A stretch of DNA of 64,000 nt. It comes from a virus. The stretch is taken from positions 47,976 through 111,975 of the IMG/VR virus record IMGVR_UViG_3300023179_000037; one strand, given 5' to 3'. The position numbers and the translations under genes are program-made. Below are positions 55,878 to 64,000 of the stretch, piece by piece (positions within the stretch are counted from its first letter, which is position 1; the number at the start of each line of letters is the position of its first letter). Under the pieces are notes generated by a model that saw nothing but the letters and a program-made list of their open reading frames with translations, had not been told where the DNA came from and ran no database searches.

Positions 55878-56789
55878 ATGGCTTCAGTAGCAATCAAGTT
55901 CAATGAGTCCAAGAAGCGCTGGGAAGGCATGGTAAATGGTCGTGTCAAATCCCACAGTACTCATCTTGATTACGTGCAAAATAAGATGACTGCGTTGGGA
56001 TACAGAGTATCTGCAGAACAAGATCTTAAAGAAGATGCAAAGAAAGTTGACGAATTTGGTATTACCAAGCGTTTCGAGTTCGTCAAGCAGATGGTGTCAA
56101 TGGTTGCAAGGAAAACGGTGGCATCGGCAATCATTACTGGCCAAGGTGGTCTAGGTAAGACTCATAGTGTCATCAAAGCTCTAAAAGATTGTGGTCTACA
56201 TGATGTTACTGATCTTGCATCATTCGAGATTGGAACTCGTTTGCAAGGATCTAAATCTTTTCGTATCATCAAAGGATTCAGCACTGCGAAGGGTTTGTAT
56301 CGTTCACTGTTCGAAGGCAACGGTATGACTCTAGTGTTTGATGACACAGATAATATCTTGAAAGACCCGGTTGCTCTTAACCTTTTGAAGGGTGCACTAG
56401 ATTCGTATGGTGAACGTTATATCAATTGGAATGCTGATATCAAAGACGAAGACTTGCCTAGGTCTTTTAAGTTTACTGGAAGTATCGTGTTTATCAGCAA
56501 CAAAGACATGGAGACACTAGATCAAGCAGTCCGTTCGCGTGCTTTGTGTGTCGACCTGAGCATGACTGAATCTCAAAAGATTGAGCGTATGGAGACTATT
56601 GTCGACGATGCAGAATTCTTGCCCGAGTACAGTAAAGAATACAAGCATGATGCTTTAGAGTTTTTGCGTTCAATGGTCAAGAGTGTTCAGAATCTATCGC
56701 TTCGATCACTTATCAGTGTAGTAAAGATTCGTGCTGAGGGTGGCAACTGGAAAGAATTGGCTAAGTACATCTTAACTGCTGGGACTTGA
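55878..56789 (+). CDS. P-loop/AAA+ ATPase
   Basis: Walker A GQGGLGKT, Walker B LVFDD, IFISN-like sensor, SR finger; ATG 55878 fits AGGAG spacing better than 55872. Confidence 0.85.
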   Translation: MASVAIKFNESKKRWEGMVNGRVKSHSTHLDYVQNKMTALGYRVSAEQDLKEDAKKVDEFGITKRFEFVKQMVSMVARKTVASAIITGQGGLGKTHSVIKALKDCGLHDVTDLASFEIGTRLQGSKSFRIIKGFSTAKGLYRSLFEGNGMTLVFDDTDNILKDPVALNLLKGALDSYGERYINWNADIKDEDLPRSFKFTGSIVFISNKDMETLDQAVRSRALCVDLSMTESQKIERMETIVDDAEFLPEYSKEYKHDALEFLRSMVKSVQNLSLRSLISVVKIRAEGGNWKELAKYILTAGT

Positions 56790-56814
56790 TTCAGCAGTCT
56801 TTTTAATATATACT
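56786..56814 (+). promoter_or_regulatory. Early sigma70 promoter
   Basis: TTGATT-N17-TATACT, with ACTGCTG/CAGCAGT inverted repeat around -35. Confidence 0.6.
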
Positions 56815-56838
56815 TATTGAATATTGTAAGGAATTAAT

Positions 56839-57087
56839 ATGAGAAAACGTTTAGTACCCGGTTTAAAGAATTCACAGCGTGTTCGATTCATCATTGATGG
56901 ATTCGGGTTCTTTTGTACGGTAGAAGATCTTTGGATGAATACTGGTACAACTAGTCATGCTACTGCTCTACAGGATGCAGTCTTTGCTCTCGCATCTAGC
57001 AAGAGTGACCCAGGACCTGCGGGGAAGGCATGCATTGGTATTGCTGGGACATGGCGCGGACACAATGTTCAAATTGATCTTTGCTAG
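56839..57087 (+). CDS. Hypothetical early protein
   Basis: AAGGA RBS, downstream of promoter. Confidence 0.6.
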   Translation: MRKRLVPGLKNSQRVRFIIDGFGFFCTVEDLWMNTGTTSHATALQDAVFALASSKSDPGPAGKACIGIAGTWRGHNVQIDLC

Positions 57088-57165
57088 GGGTATTATGAAT
57101 AATACCGTTGTGTTAAGCTTCAATGATTCTGTTGTTATTCTCAATCTTGTACAGTATCACTCAAA

Positions 57166-57432
57166 ATGAGTATACTAGAAATTTTATTGGGAGCAGTTTT
57201 AATTTGGGCAATTATTGCTAATATTAGGGGAGACTATCCAAGCTCTCGCATGAAAGTGTCTCGTCCCGTATCTATAAGTGAAATAGTTTTTATAAAAATT
57301 GAAAAAATTGATGACAATTATTATCTTTGGAACAAAGATACCGAAGATTTTTTAGCTCAAGGTCCCACTATAGAAAAGGCTTTACAAGCATTGATGATGA
57401 GATATCCAAATACAACCTTTAAAAACGAATAG
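57166..57432 (+). CDS. Hypothetical protein with N-terminal TM
   Basis: Hydrophobic N-terminus; FLAQG motif. Confidence 0.6.
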   Translation: MSILEILLGAVLIWAIIANIRGDYPSSRMKVSRPVSISEIVFIKIEKIDDNYYLWNKDTEDFLAQGPTIEKALQALMMRYPNTTFKNE

Positions 57433-57465
57433 CAAGACTCAAAATAAATTCAAAAAAGGATTAAA

Positions 57466-57657
57466 ATGCCTGAATTAAAACCATGTCCGTGTTGCGGCAG
57501 CACAGATATTAAGTTTATTTCCTTAACACAAGAAAACATTGATATGAGTCTTATTACTTGTAATAATTGTGGTATTATGGCATCTGCTTTACAGACAAAA
57601 CCAAATGATCCTGTTACTGTCTGGAATAAACGTTTTAACGAAAATTTATTGGCTTGA
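57466..57657 (+). CDS. Lar-like (restriction alleviation family) Zn-ribbon protein
   Basis: ELKPCPCCG...C..CG...WNKR. Confidence 0.7.
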   Translation: MPELKPCPCCGSTDIKFISLTQENIDMSLITCNNCGIMASALQTKPNDPVTVWNKRFNENLLA

Positions 57658-57682
57658 CATATTTAACTTTTGAATATACAAT
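57654..57682 (+). promoter_or_regulatory. Early sigma70 promoter
   Basis: TTGACA-N17-TACAAT then TGGTATAGT and AAGGAG. Confidence 0.85.
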
Positions 57683-57713
57683 ATTGGTATAGTAACAAAA
57701 AGGAGTTTTTATT

Positions 57714-58148
57714 ATGGGTTTAGACATGTATTTAAGAGCACGTCGTCATTTGAGTTATGATGACGTTCGTCGCAATACACTAATACAAGAATTCAACGTT
57801 CCCGATGGTTGGGAAACAAACGAAGTCAGCTTTGAAGTAGGCTACTGGAGAAAAGCCAATGCCATTCACAAGTGGTTCGTTGACAACATCCAAAGTGGAA
57901 ACGATAACTGCGGTGAGTATTATCTGAATAAAGTTGATCTTCAGACTCTTCGAGATCTTTGTACGCGAGTAAAAGCTGAACCAGACAAGGCGCAAGAGCT
58001 GCTACCTTCGCAGAGCGGATTCTTTTTTGGTAGTACTCAATATGATGAGGGGTACTTTCATGATATTGATCAGACCATTGCCATTATAGATAGAGTTCTT
58101 AACTGTAATGATGCAGGTTTTGACTACTATTATTCTTCGAGCTGGTAA
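57714..58148 (+). CDS. Conserved phage hypothetical protein
   Basis: MGLDMY...YWRKANAIH.WF...GFFFG...Y..SW. Confidence 0.75.
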   Translation: MGLDMYLRARRHLSYDDVRRNTLIQEFNVPDGWETNEVSFEVGYWRKANAIHKWFVDNIQSGNDNCGEYYLNKVDLQTLRDLCTRVKAEPDKAQELLPSQSGFFFGSTQYDEGYFHDIDQTIAIIDRVLNCNDAGFDYYYSSSW

Positions 58149-58376
58149 ATGAATAGAATTAGTTTGCTTGAAAAAGCAGGTTTTGTTTTGTGGGGCGACG
58201 AAGAGTATGCTACTGGCATTGTAGACTGGGCATCTAACTATGACGATGAAGTCTACAATCTTATCAATATTGTAATCGACGAGTGTGCAAAACAAGTAGA
58301 TCACATTAAAGTATTGGACAGTACTCTCGGTGATCACATCAGACAAAAAATGAATGGAGTGAAAAGTGAAGTTTAA
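58149..58376 (+). CDS. Hypothetical protein
   Basis: Tight packing; distant resemblance to MNERI family. Confidence 0.55.
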   Translation: MNRISLLEKAGFVLWGDEEYATGIVDWASNYDDEVYNLINIVIDECAKQVDHIKVLDSTLGDHIRQKMNGVKSEV

Positions 58377-58605
58377 TCGTTTTGATTTTGAGCAGCAACT
58401 GTTAGAATGTTGGGGTGTTACCAAGGACATCAAAACTCTATGCGAGGCAGTGTGTGATAGAAATCCTGCTATGACTGAGGATGAGATTGCTAATGTTCTA
58501 ATTGGATTAGAATCTCTCTATGAATTGAAGTTCAATAAGTTGTGGCAGTTGTTTGAAGCTGATGCACATGAACGAGGCATTGATTCCCCAAAGGTTGACA
58601 GCTAA
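58366..58605 (+). CDS. Hypothetical protein
   Basis: RFD.EQ....CW...N.L.G...Y..KF..LW..FE pattern. Confidence 0.65.
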   Translation: MKFNRFDFEQQLLECWGVTKDIKTLCEAVCDRNPAMTEDEIANVLIGLESLYELKFNKLWQLFEADAHERGIDSPKVDS

Positions 58606-58623
58606 TACTGTTTCAATTATAAT
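58595..58623 (+). promoter_or_regulatory. Early sigma70 promoter
   Basis: TTGACA-N17-TATAAT then TATGGTATAGTGA. Confidence 0.9.
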
Positions 58624-58647
58624 TATGGTATAGTGAAAGGAACAGAC

Positions 58648-58806
58648 ATGAACATGAATGATCTACACAAATTATCCAACAAAGAACTAGAAACGATTCT
58701 TGCAAAGATCGAGATGGAATTACGAGAGCGCAATCTAGATGCCGAGTATCAACTTTTTGAACAGCAAATGATGATGGCCATTGAAGGAGATGAAATTGAT
58801 TTCTAG
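58648..58806 (+). CDS. 52-aa hypothetical protein (not in ORF track)
   Basis: AAGGA RBS right after promoter; MNMNDLHKLSNKELETIL... Confidence 0.65.
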   Translation: MNMNDLHKLSNKELETILAKIEMELRERNLDAEYQLFEQQMMMAIEGDEIDF

Positions 58807-58978
58807 AGCAAGAGAATATACAAATCGAATTCTTGAATTGGATGAGGATGGATTGCTAGATCGAGATTGGCTAATTTTTTCATTACTCAATTGGATGTCC
58901 GAACAAGAAGTAAGATCTTTTTATGAGCGCGTTGTTCAATCCGAAATACTAGATTCTATGGATGACAATGATGAATAA
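58790..58978 (+). CDS. Hypothetical protein
   Basis: AAGGAG upstream; TN.ILE...EG..D...LNWMSE.EV. Confidence 0.55.
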   Translation: MKLISRAREYTNRILELDEDGLLDRDWLIFSLLNWMSEQEVRSFYERVVQSEILDSMDDNDE

Positions 58979-59231
58979 ATGGAAAGATACATCTACAATG
59001 CATTACTACTACAGAGAATCTGATGGTAGAGTTTTGGGTAGTGCTTGGTTTTATCCTTTGAATACTGTTTTGTGGTCATCAAAGATTTTTGAAGATGAGT
59101 TTCCTTTTACAAATGCGAGTGAAAAGTTTCTAGGTAACTTTATTGATGAGAAAAGTGCCAAAATGGCTGTGGAAAATTATTGGTTGAAAGAATCTAACAC
59201 ATTGGAGTATGTAAGTGAAGGTAGTAATTAA
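58962..59231 (+). CDS. Hypothetical protein
   Basis: Overlapping packing. Confidence 0.55.
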   Translation: MTMMNKWKDTSTMHYYYRESDGRVLGSAWFYPLNTVLWSSKIFEDEFPFTNASEKFLGNFIDEKSAKMAVENYWLKESNTLEYVSEGSN

Positions 59232-59547
59232 TCGTTGTTATGGTGGCTTTGGTCTTAGCTTTGAAGCATGCAAACTAATCGCAGAGCGCAAGGGTTGGAC
59301 TCTGGCTACAGACGATTATGATAATGAATACTTTATTCCAGAACTAGGTGAAGATCAAAGACTTGATCCATATGATCTCGAGCGCAATGATCCAGACCTT
59401 GTTGCTGTAGTAGAGGAGTTAGGAGAAGCAGCCGACGGGTATGGTGCAGAACTTAAAATTGTTGATATCCCCGATGATGTTCAGTGGCATATTCAAGAAT
59501 ATGATGGAGTGGAAAAGGTTTGTGAAGATCACCGAACCTGGTTATAA
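59215..59547 (+). CDS. Conserved phage hypothetical protein
   Basis: KVVINRCYGGFGLS...R.DP.LV.VVEELG...EYDG.E...E.HR.W. Confidence 0.75.
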   Translation: MKVVINRCYGGFGLSFEACKLIAERKGWTLATDDYDNEYFIPELGEDQRLDPYDLERNDPDLVAVVEELGEAADGYGAELKIVDIPDDVQWHIQEYDGVEKVCEDHRTWL

Positions 59548-59816
59548 TGGGTGCAGGATTCAAATTCAAACGTAAGCAAAGAAGTGAGGTATATTCGGAC
59601 ATGAATAAAATTACCCTAGATAGAGATGCTCTAGAAACTATTCTTAAACTAGTAGACCAACTCAATCCAAATAATACTATTGATGGTGATAGAGTTACTA
59701 TTACTGCAGATAACAGTTCGGGTATTGGTGTCATTATAGCTGTTGAAATTCCTATAGACATCAACGGTGTTAATGGAACCTTTACAAAAGTTATCGTAGA
59801 TTCAACAAAATGGTAA
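59547..59816 (+). CDS. Hypothetical protein (start may be 59601)
   Basis: SSGIG motif; packing. Confidence 0.55.
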   Translation: MGAGFKFKRKQRSEVYSDMNKITLDRDALETILKLVDQLNPNNTIDGDRVTITADNSSGIGVIIAVEIPIDINGVNGTFTKVIVDSTKW

Positions 59817-59992
59817 TGAAAACATATACCGTTGAAGAATTATTTTCAGACATACCCGGAGACCCGGCCAATGTACTCTTAACTTTTCCCCCGGAGGTAC
59901 TAGAATCAGTATGCTGGGAGCCAGGAGATACCCTGAACATTCGTACCGAAGACGATAAAATCATCATTGGAAAAAAACATGGGAATGCTTGA
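59816..59992 (+). CDS. AbrB/SpoVT-like small DNA-binding protein
   Basis: LLTFPPEVL....W.PGD.L; TAATG overlap. Confidence 0.5.
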   Translation: MKTYTVEELFSDIPGDPANVLLTFPPEVLESVCWEPGDTLNIRTEDDKIIIGKKHGNA

Positions 59993-60296
59993 CTATGTTT
60001 CCTACAATGGCTTTCGGTATCAATCCCGGACTACACCAGCACAATGTCTGTATGAATATAAAATACAAATGGATCTGGAGTCTGGTTTGGTTTCTCTATG
60101 GGTGGAGGAACACGATAGCAACCCTTTACTGGACTATGATAAAAAGAACCCTCGATGGGTACTATGTGAGGATTTTACTGGTGAGGTTCGGTTTTACAGG
60201 AGCCTCGATAAATCCCGTACCAAATGGGAAGAATATTCAGCCTATTTTGTGAAGGGTAGGTTAAGAGAGATAAACAGGTTGGATGACAATGAGTGA
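59979..60296 (+). CDS. Hypothetical protein
   Basis: MGMxD...YQ...FTGEVRFY...F..G pattern. Confidence 0.6.
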   Translation: MGMLDYVSYNGFRYQSRTTPAQCLYEYKIQMDLESGLVSLWVEEHDSNPLLDYDKKNPRWVLCEDFTGEVRFYRSLDKSRTKWEEYSAYFVKGRLREINRLDDNE

Positions 60297-60537
60297 TATA
60301 TCTAAACGCCGATGGGAAATAGACAAAGCTCGCAACAAGAAAATGGAAGAGCTTATGGAAGCTTATGATCGTGATGTCTATTATCCTGCCAAGCGACAAC
60401 TAATAGAAGATTGTATTGCTGATGGTGGGCATAGAGGCGGAAAATATCACGACAACGGTTTTGGTTGGTCATGGTTCTATTGTGGTCGGTGCGGTGACAG
60501 ATACGACATTACTGGACCTAACGGAGAAACAAAATGA
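60283..60537 (+). CDS. Hypothetical protein with C-terminal CxxC
   Basis: C....H...CGRCG. Confidence 0.55.
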   Translation: MTMSDISKRRWEIDKARNKKMEELMEAYDRDVYYPAKRQLIEDCIADGGHRGGKYHDNGFGWSWFYCGRCGDRYDITGPNGETK

Positions 60538-60725
60538 AAGTGTGGATTGATCCGCCAAGTGGATGGCGCTATGGTTTTCCTAAAATCTATGATCCTGATT
60601 GTGGTAAACCTGTCATGGATTGGCTAGTTAGTGAAGGGTATCCGCAGGCAGAAATAGATGCGTTAGGTAAAGTATTTTTTACCAGATCATGGGGAGTAGA
60701 TGAAGATGCAGACGACCAACCTTGA
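60534..60725 (+). CDS. Conserved phage hypothetical protein
   Basis: IDPPSGWRYGFPK...WL...GYP. Confidence 0.7.
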   Translation: MKVWIDPPSGWRYGFPKIYDPDCGKPVMDWLVSEGYPQAEIDALGKVFFTRSWGVDEDADDQP

Positions 60726-61059
60726 AGTAAATTGCTTAGACGAAGATGGTTACCCAACCGAAGAGTTTCTGACCAGTATTGAAATCTGGAGAGATAGACC
60801 TTTTACTGAACTCTTGGATATGATCAAGCCAAACTGGAAATATTCAGACTTTGGTTATTGGACTCAGCAAGAGGAAATTAACCAGCATGGTCGATCTGTG
60901 ATAGCTTATAGACTCAGTACCGGTGGTTGGTCTGGCAATGAGGATATTATCAGAGCACTACAGGACAATCATATCTTCTGGAGTATTTGCTGGGTTAGCA
61001 GTCATCGTGGGGGACATTATGTATTTGAGGTGAGAGATGAATCAACCCTGGCAAATTAG
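60700..61059 (+). CDS. Conserved phage hypothetical protein
   Basis: DGYPTEE...STGGWSGNE.II.AL...W...RGGHY.F. Confidence 0.7.
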   Translation: MKMQTTNLEVNCLDEDGYPTEEFLTSIEIWRDRPFTELLDMIKPNWKYSDFGYWTQQEEINQHGRSVIAYRLSTGGWSGNEDIIRALQDNHIFWSICWVSSHRGGHYVFEVRDESTLAN

Positions 61060-61444
61060 ACTTAAATGGTGGTTAAAGCAACACTGGATTGCAGTATTGC
61101 GTATTTCTTACTTTGTATTGAGTTTTGCTGTTATAGTATTTCTTCTATATGATAGGCAGTCATTGCTACAAAAACCAGTGCCAGCACCAATCATAGTAAA
61201 AGATGATACTGACACTAAAAGAATAGAAAGTCTAGAGCAAGAACTCAAATCCCAATCAACAGCGATTAAACAACTACAGCAGAAGAACGATGAGCTTGCT
61301 GTTACCAATAAACAATTGGAAAAGAGACAACAAACTCAGATTGAATTTTCCAAAAGACTATGTGAATACATATTTGTAATCACTGTAGATAAAAAGATTA
61401 TTCCGAGGCAATGCTTATCTAATCACGACTGGAACAAAGAATAA
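61037..61444 (+). CDS. Membrane-anchored coiled-coil protein
   Basis: TM segment then heptads. Confidence 0.6.
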   Translation: MNQPWQIRLKWWLKQHWIAVLRISYFVLSFAVIVFLLYDRQSLLQKPVPAPIIVKDDTDTKRIESLEQELKSQSTAIKQLQQKNDELAVTNKQLEKRQQTQIEFSKRLCEYIFVITVDKKIIPRQCLSNHDWNKE

Positions 61445-61465
61445 CCCTTCAGAGCGCTCAGGCTC

Positions 61466-61494
61466 TTGACATTCAATACTTTTTCCTTTAGAAT
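61466..61494 (+). promoter_or_regulatory. Early sigma70 promoter
   Basis: TAACCCTTCAGA upstream; TTGACA-N17-TAGAAT; TATGGTATAG; AAGGAG. Confidence 0.9.
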
Positions 61495-61520
61495 TATGGT
61501 ATAGAGAAAAGGAGATAAAA

Positions 61521-61742
61521 ATGTATGTTATGCACGATTATGGTCTAGTTCGCATTGTTCGCGAAGGTGACCCTTTCACCAAAGCATTTGACATCGTTGT
61601 TCAATTCCGTGAGAACCTCGAGTCAGATTGGCAAATGTATCACGGATTCAATTCACTCAGTGACGACTATGCTTACACAAATGCTCGAGAAGCTGCTGGT
61701 CGTTGCATCAAAAATCTAGCAGCAAAATTCGCTAGTGCTTAA
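61521..61742 (+). CDS. Hypothetical early protein
   Basis: Strong RBS; FNSLSDDYA. Confidence 0.7.
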   Translation: MYVMHDYGLVRIVREGDPFTKAFDIVVQFRENLESDWQMYHGFNSLSDDYAYTNAREAAGRCIKNLAAKFASA

Positions 61743-61789
61743 ACTCTTTTGTATTCGCTGTCAAGTAACCCTTCAGAACGCTTGGGTGC

Positions 61790-61818
61790 TTGACACGGTG
61801 ATCTTTTGAACATATAAT
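61790..61818 (+). promoter_or_regulatory. Early sigma70 promoter
   Basis: TAACCCTTCAGA upstream; TTGACA-N17-TATAAT; TATGGTAT. Confidence 0.9.
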
Positions 61819-61848
61819 TATGGTATGGTGAAGAACAAGGAGATAAAG

Positions 61849-62070
61849 ATGTTCAAAAGTGACTTTGGTATGTTCTCGGAAGAGGGTGACATGGCAGTAG
61901 GGCATCTAATCGACTCTGCTCGTACTTATGGTTGGTCCTGGTCGCAGTGCCTCAAATGGATCAATGCTGTTAGCCGTAGTCGCCCTTCAATTGCAGAAAT
62001 GAACGACACGGCGGTCCGAGAAGTGATCTATGACATTCTAGGATTTGACACCGACTTCTATTCGGAGTAA
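61849..62070 (+). CDS. Hypothetical early protein
   Basis: AAGGAG RBS before ATG 61849; FGMFS..G...E..DTAVRE. Confidence 0.7.
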   Translation: MFKSDFGMFSEEGDMAVGHLIDSARTYGWSWSQCLKWINAVSRSRPSIAEMNDTAVREVIYDILGFDTDFYSE

Positions 62071-62081
62071 TACCCCTTCGG

Positions 62082-62110
62082 TTGACACGGGTATCAAAAG
62101 CACATATAAT
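62082..62110 (+). promoter_or_regulatory. Early sigma70 promoter
   Basis: TTGACA-N17-TATAAT; TATGGTATAGTGA; ATACCC/GGGTAT inverted repeat. Confidence 0.9.
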
Positions 62111-62136
62111 TATGGTATAGTGAGAAGGAGATAGCA

Positions 62137-62439
62137 ATGGCAAAGTTAATGATTCAGACTCAGGTGATGGAAAACTACGGTTCAGCTGAGAATCCCCATT
62201 GGAAAGCAAAGGGTGGCAATGATTACGTTGTCAAGAACTTTACTGCTTTCAACTCTGTCCCCAGTTATATCATGATGATTCGAGATCGTATCGAGATCGA
62301 CAACGATTTCTGTCGCGAGTATATCGTCGACTATAGTGTGGAAACTGACGACTATCTTACTCAAGACGAGAAGTTACAGTTACGCTTTGATGGTAAGATC
62401 TCGTATTCGGCCCAAGAAGTTACTTACGGAGGTGTTTAA
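62137..62439 (+). CDS. Conserved phage hypothetical protein
   Basis: KL.I.TQ..ENYG.....WK.KGG..Y. Confidence 0.7.
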   Translation: MAKLMIQTQVMENYGSAENPHWKAKGGNDYVVKNFTAFNSVPSYIMMIRDRIEIDNDFCREYIVDYSVETDDYLTQDEKLQLRFDGKISYSAQEVTYGGV

Positions 62440-62726
62440 TGAATATCTATACCAGACGTTATCGTAATGCTCTTCGTAAAGCAGCGAAGATCAATCGCAT
62501 GATGAAGAAGGGTTATATCGTCCTGCACGAGGGTACTCCAAATCACAAAGGGTTTGTTCTGCAGGGTAAGGAGCTCTTGCTACAAGCATCAGATAACGTA
62601 TTCTATCGTTTCTACGAGCATACTCCGGACTTTGATCATGGTTACTACACTAGAATTGATGATTGGAATGCAGTATTCAACCGATCTTTTGAAGTCTACG
62701 CACCCACGGCCCGAGTACAGTTATGA
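62439..62726 (+). CDS. Hypothetical protein
   Basis: GGAGG RBS; TAATG overlap. Confidence 0.6.
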   Translation: MNIYTRRYRNALRKAAKINRMMKKGYIVLHEGTPNHKGFVLQGKELLLQASDNVFYRFYEHTPDFDHGYYTRIDDWNAVFNRSFEVYAPTARVQL

Positions 62727-63058
62727 GCGAATATCAACCCGATGTCTGGGTCATGCTACGGATCACTAGTAAGCTGGTATCTGCAAAGCCTGTGTATAAA
62801 ATTCTTGCTGGCTGGTACGGTGGTTATGCAAAAGATGATATCTGGAAGCTAAACAGTGGCTGTACGAGCGTTGAGACGGACGGTGATTACTATGTGTTTA
62901 CAGGATCTAGCGGTAGTCGATATCGATGCCATGAGAACTTATATCGCACGAATTATCTGACTGGCTCCGTTCTTGCAGATCTTCAGAAAAACACGACTAC
63001 TTCTACCATACAACTCATGCCCGAAACCACTAATTTTCTGGAACTAGATTATGAATGA
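62723..63058 (+). CDS. Conserved phage hypothetical protein
   Basis: Y.PD.W...YK..AGW.GGY....WKLNSG...F.G.SGS.Y.C. Confidence 0.7.
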   Translation: MSEYQPDVWVMLRITSKLVSAKPVYKILAGWYGGYAKDDIWKLNSGCTSVETDGDYYVFTGSSGSRYRCHENLYRTNYLTGSVLADLQKNTTTSTIQLMPETTNFLELDYE

Positions 63059-63272
63059 ACGAATTCGAGAACTAGCAACTGAGGCCAGATTGTTAACTGG
63101 ATGGCCAGTAGGCGAAGTTGAATATCAAAAGTTCGCCCAGTTGATTGTTCAAGAATGCCTATTATCCCTGGAGCCAGATTTATACAGTAAAGAAATTGAT
63201 TATGAGTTTGAACAAAGATTCTACAAACGTTGTAGAGACAAAATCATAAAACATTTCGAAGTTGAACAATGA
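63051..63272 (+). CDS. MNERIRELA-family hypothetical protein
   Basis: MNERIRELA...KFAQLIVQEC...I..HF.VE. Confidence 0.7.
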   Translation: MNERIRELATEARLLTGWPVGEVEYQKFAQLIVQECLLSLEPDLYSKEIDYEFEQRFYKRCRDKIIKHFEVEQ

Positions 63273-63532
63273 ATAGCCAAGAAATCAGTGATGCTGTGTA
63301 TAACTACGCAATGAGTCGTAGCGACTTTACAGCACCTTATGGTGTATTACAAGGTGAGCATATCAACAAAAAAGGCACCAAGTTCAAGAGTGTGACTTTT
63401 GGTCGTGCCAGATCACTTGATGCTACAGTGGAAATCTATAATCGAAATTTTATAATTCTTCGATGTAGTGGTGTTGCTGATCAAGTATTCAACAATTATA
63501 GTGATCTGATGGTCGCATTGCAGGGGTTGTAA
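63269..63532 (+). CDS. Hypothetical protein
   Basis: ATGA overlap. Confidence 0.6.
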   Translation: MNSQEISDAVYNYAMSRSDFTAPYGVLQGEHINKKGTKFKSVTFGRARSLDATVEIYNRNFIILRCSGVADQVFNNYSDLMVALQGL

Positions 63533-63578
63533 TGATGCCAGAACAAATCGTTAGAATTACTGCTAAGGATAAAACTAA

Positions 63579-63779
63579 ATGACAACAATTAAAAATCAAT
63601 TTCCCGGTGTGACACGTCTAGAAAACGGCGACATAGTGTATGAGGATCATGTTTGGTGGAGTGAAGAATATTATAACGCCGGTCGTAATCCAATTGGTGT
63701 AAACTTTGATGATTCTGTCAATTGTAGATTTACTTTCGATAAAGACGGCAATCTAAAGAATGTGGAATTTATAAAATGA
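63579..63779 (+). CDS. Hypothetical protein
   Basis: AAGGA RBS. Confidence 0.55.
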   Translation: MTTIKNQFPGVTRLENGDIVYEDHVWWSEEYYNAGRNPIGVNFDDSVNCRFTFDKDGNLKNVEFIK

Positions 63780-63991
63780 ACGAACGAATTCGAGAACTTG
63801 CTGAACAGGCTTTTTTTTGATGAATCAACATCACTACCTAGCACCAAGATGTATACTTTTTCTGAACATAAATGAAAAAGTTCGCCGAGTTGATTGTTCG
63901 AACATGTATTGCTAAATGTGATGACTTGAATAGCATGAAGTATATTGCCAATCATTTTGGAGTTGAAGTTAAAGGATTGACAGATGAGTAA
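63776..63991 (+). pseudogene. Frameshifted MNERIRELA-family paralog
   Basis: MNERIRELAEQAFF then TGA after a T8 run; KKFAELIVRTC...HFGVE resumes in the original frame at 63872. Confidence 0.6.
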
Positions 63992-64000
63992 CATTGTGCT

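Noticed and set aside
55796-62130. CRISPR-like array from recurring TAACCCTTCAGA / TATGGTATAG motifs
   Set aside because: Spacing is irregular and gene-sized; these are promoter cassettes
1-64000. Stop-codon reassignment or tRNA genes
   Set aside because: TAA, TAG and TGA all end genes at sensible boundaries with dense standard-code coding; no cloverleaf with T-loop consensus was seen in the short intergenic gaps

Overview
A 64-kb segment of a large, AT-rich T4-like myovirus of the cyanophage/freshwater T4-superfamily type. Lipoproteins and a probable spanin pair suggest a Gram-negative host. Every credible gene is on the + strand. In order: (1) 0.8-12.2 kb, a late cluster of probable capsid-internal (injected) proteins. 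Several have T4 IP-like capsid-targeting N-termini. The cluster includes a ligase-like nucleotidyltransferase, an HExxH peptidase, a HIGH-type nucleotidyltransferase, Dps and two modular polyproteins. (2) 12.2-39.5 kb, a very large array of Asn-rich tail-fibre/virion proteins with autocleaving chaperones, with an embedded glycosyltransferase-FkbM-glycosyltransferase trio. (3) 41-50.3 kb, primase, ThyX, NTP pyrophosphohydrolase, probable spanins, 2OG-Fe(II) oxygenase, NrdA/NrdB, dCMP deaminase, cytidylyltransferase and a GIY-YIG nuclease. (4) 50.3-55.4 kb, an accessory operon behind an OmpR/PhoB-type box and a structured RNA leader. It encodes a PlcP/LpxH-like phosphoesterase, an unannotated 47-aa acidic peptide coupled to a RimK-type ATP-grasp ligase, a second phosphoesterase, a second ATP-grasp-like protein and an Agt-like GT4. 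(5) 55.4-64 kb, an early region of small genes driven by repeated sigma70 promoter/stem-loop cassettes. No tRNA, CRISPR array, intron or reverse transcriptase was seen. All family calls are from motif recognition by eye, not database searches.
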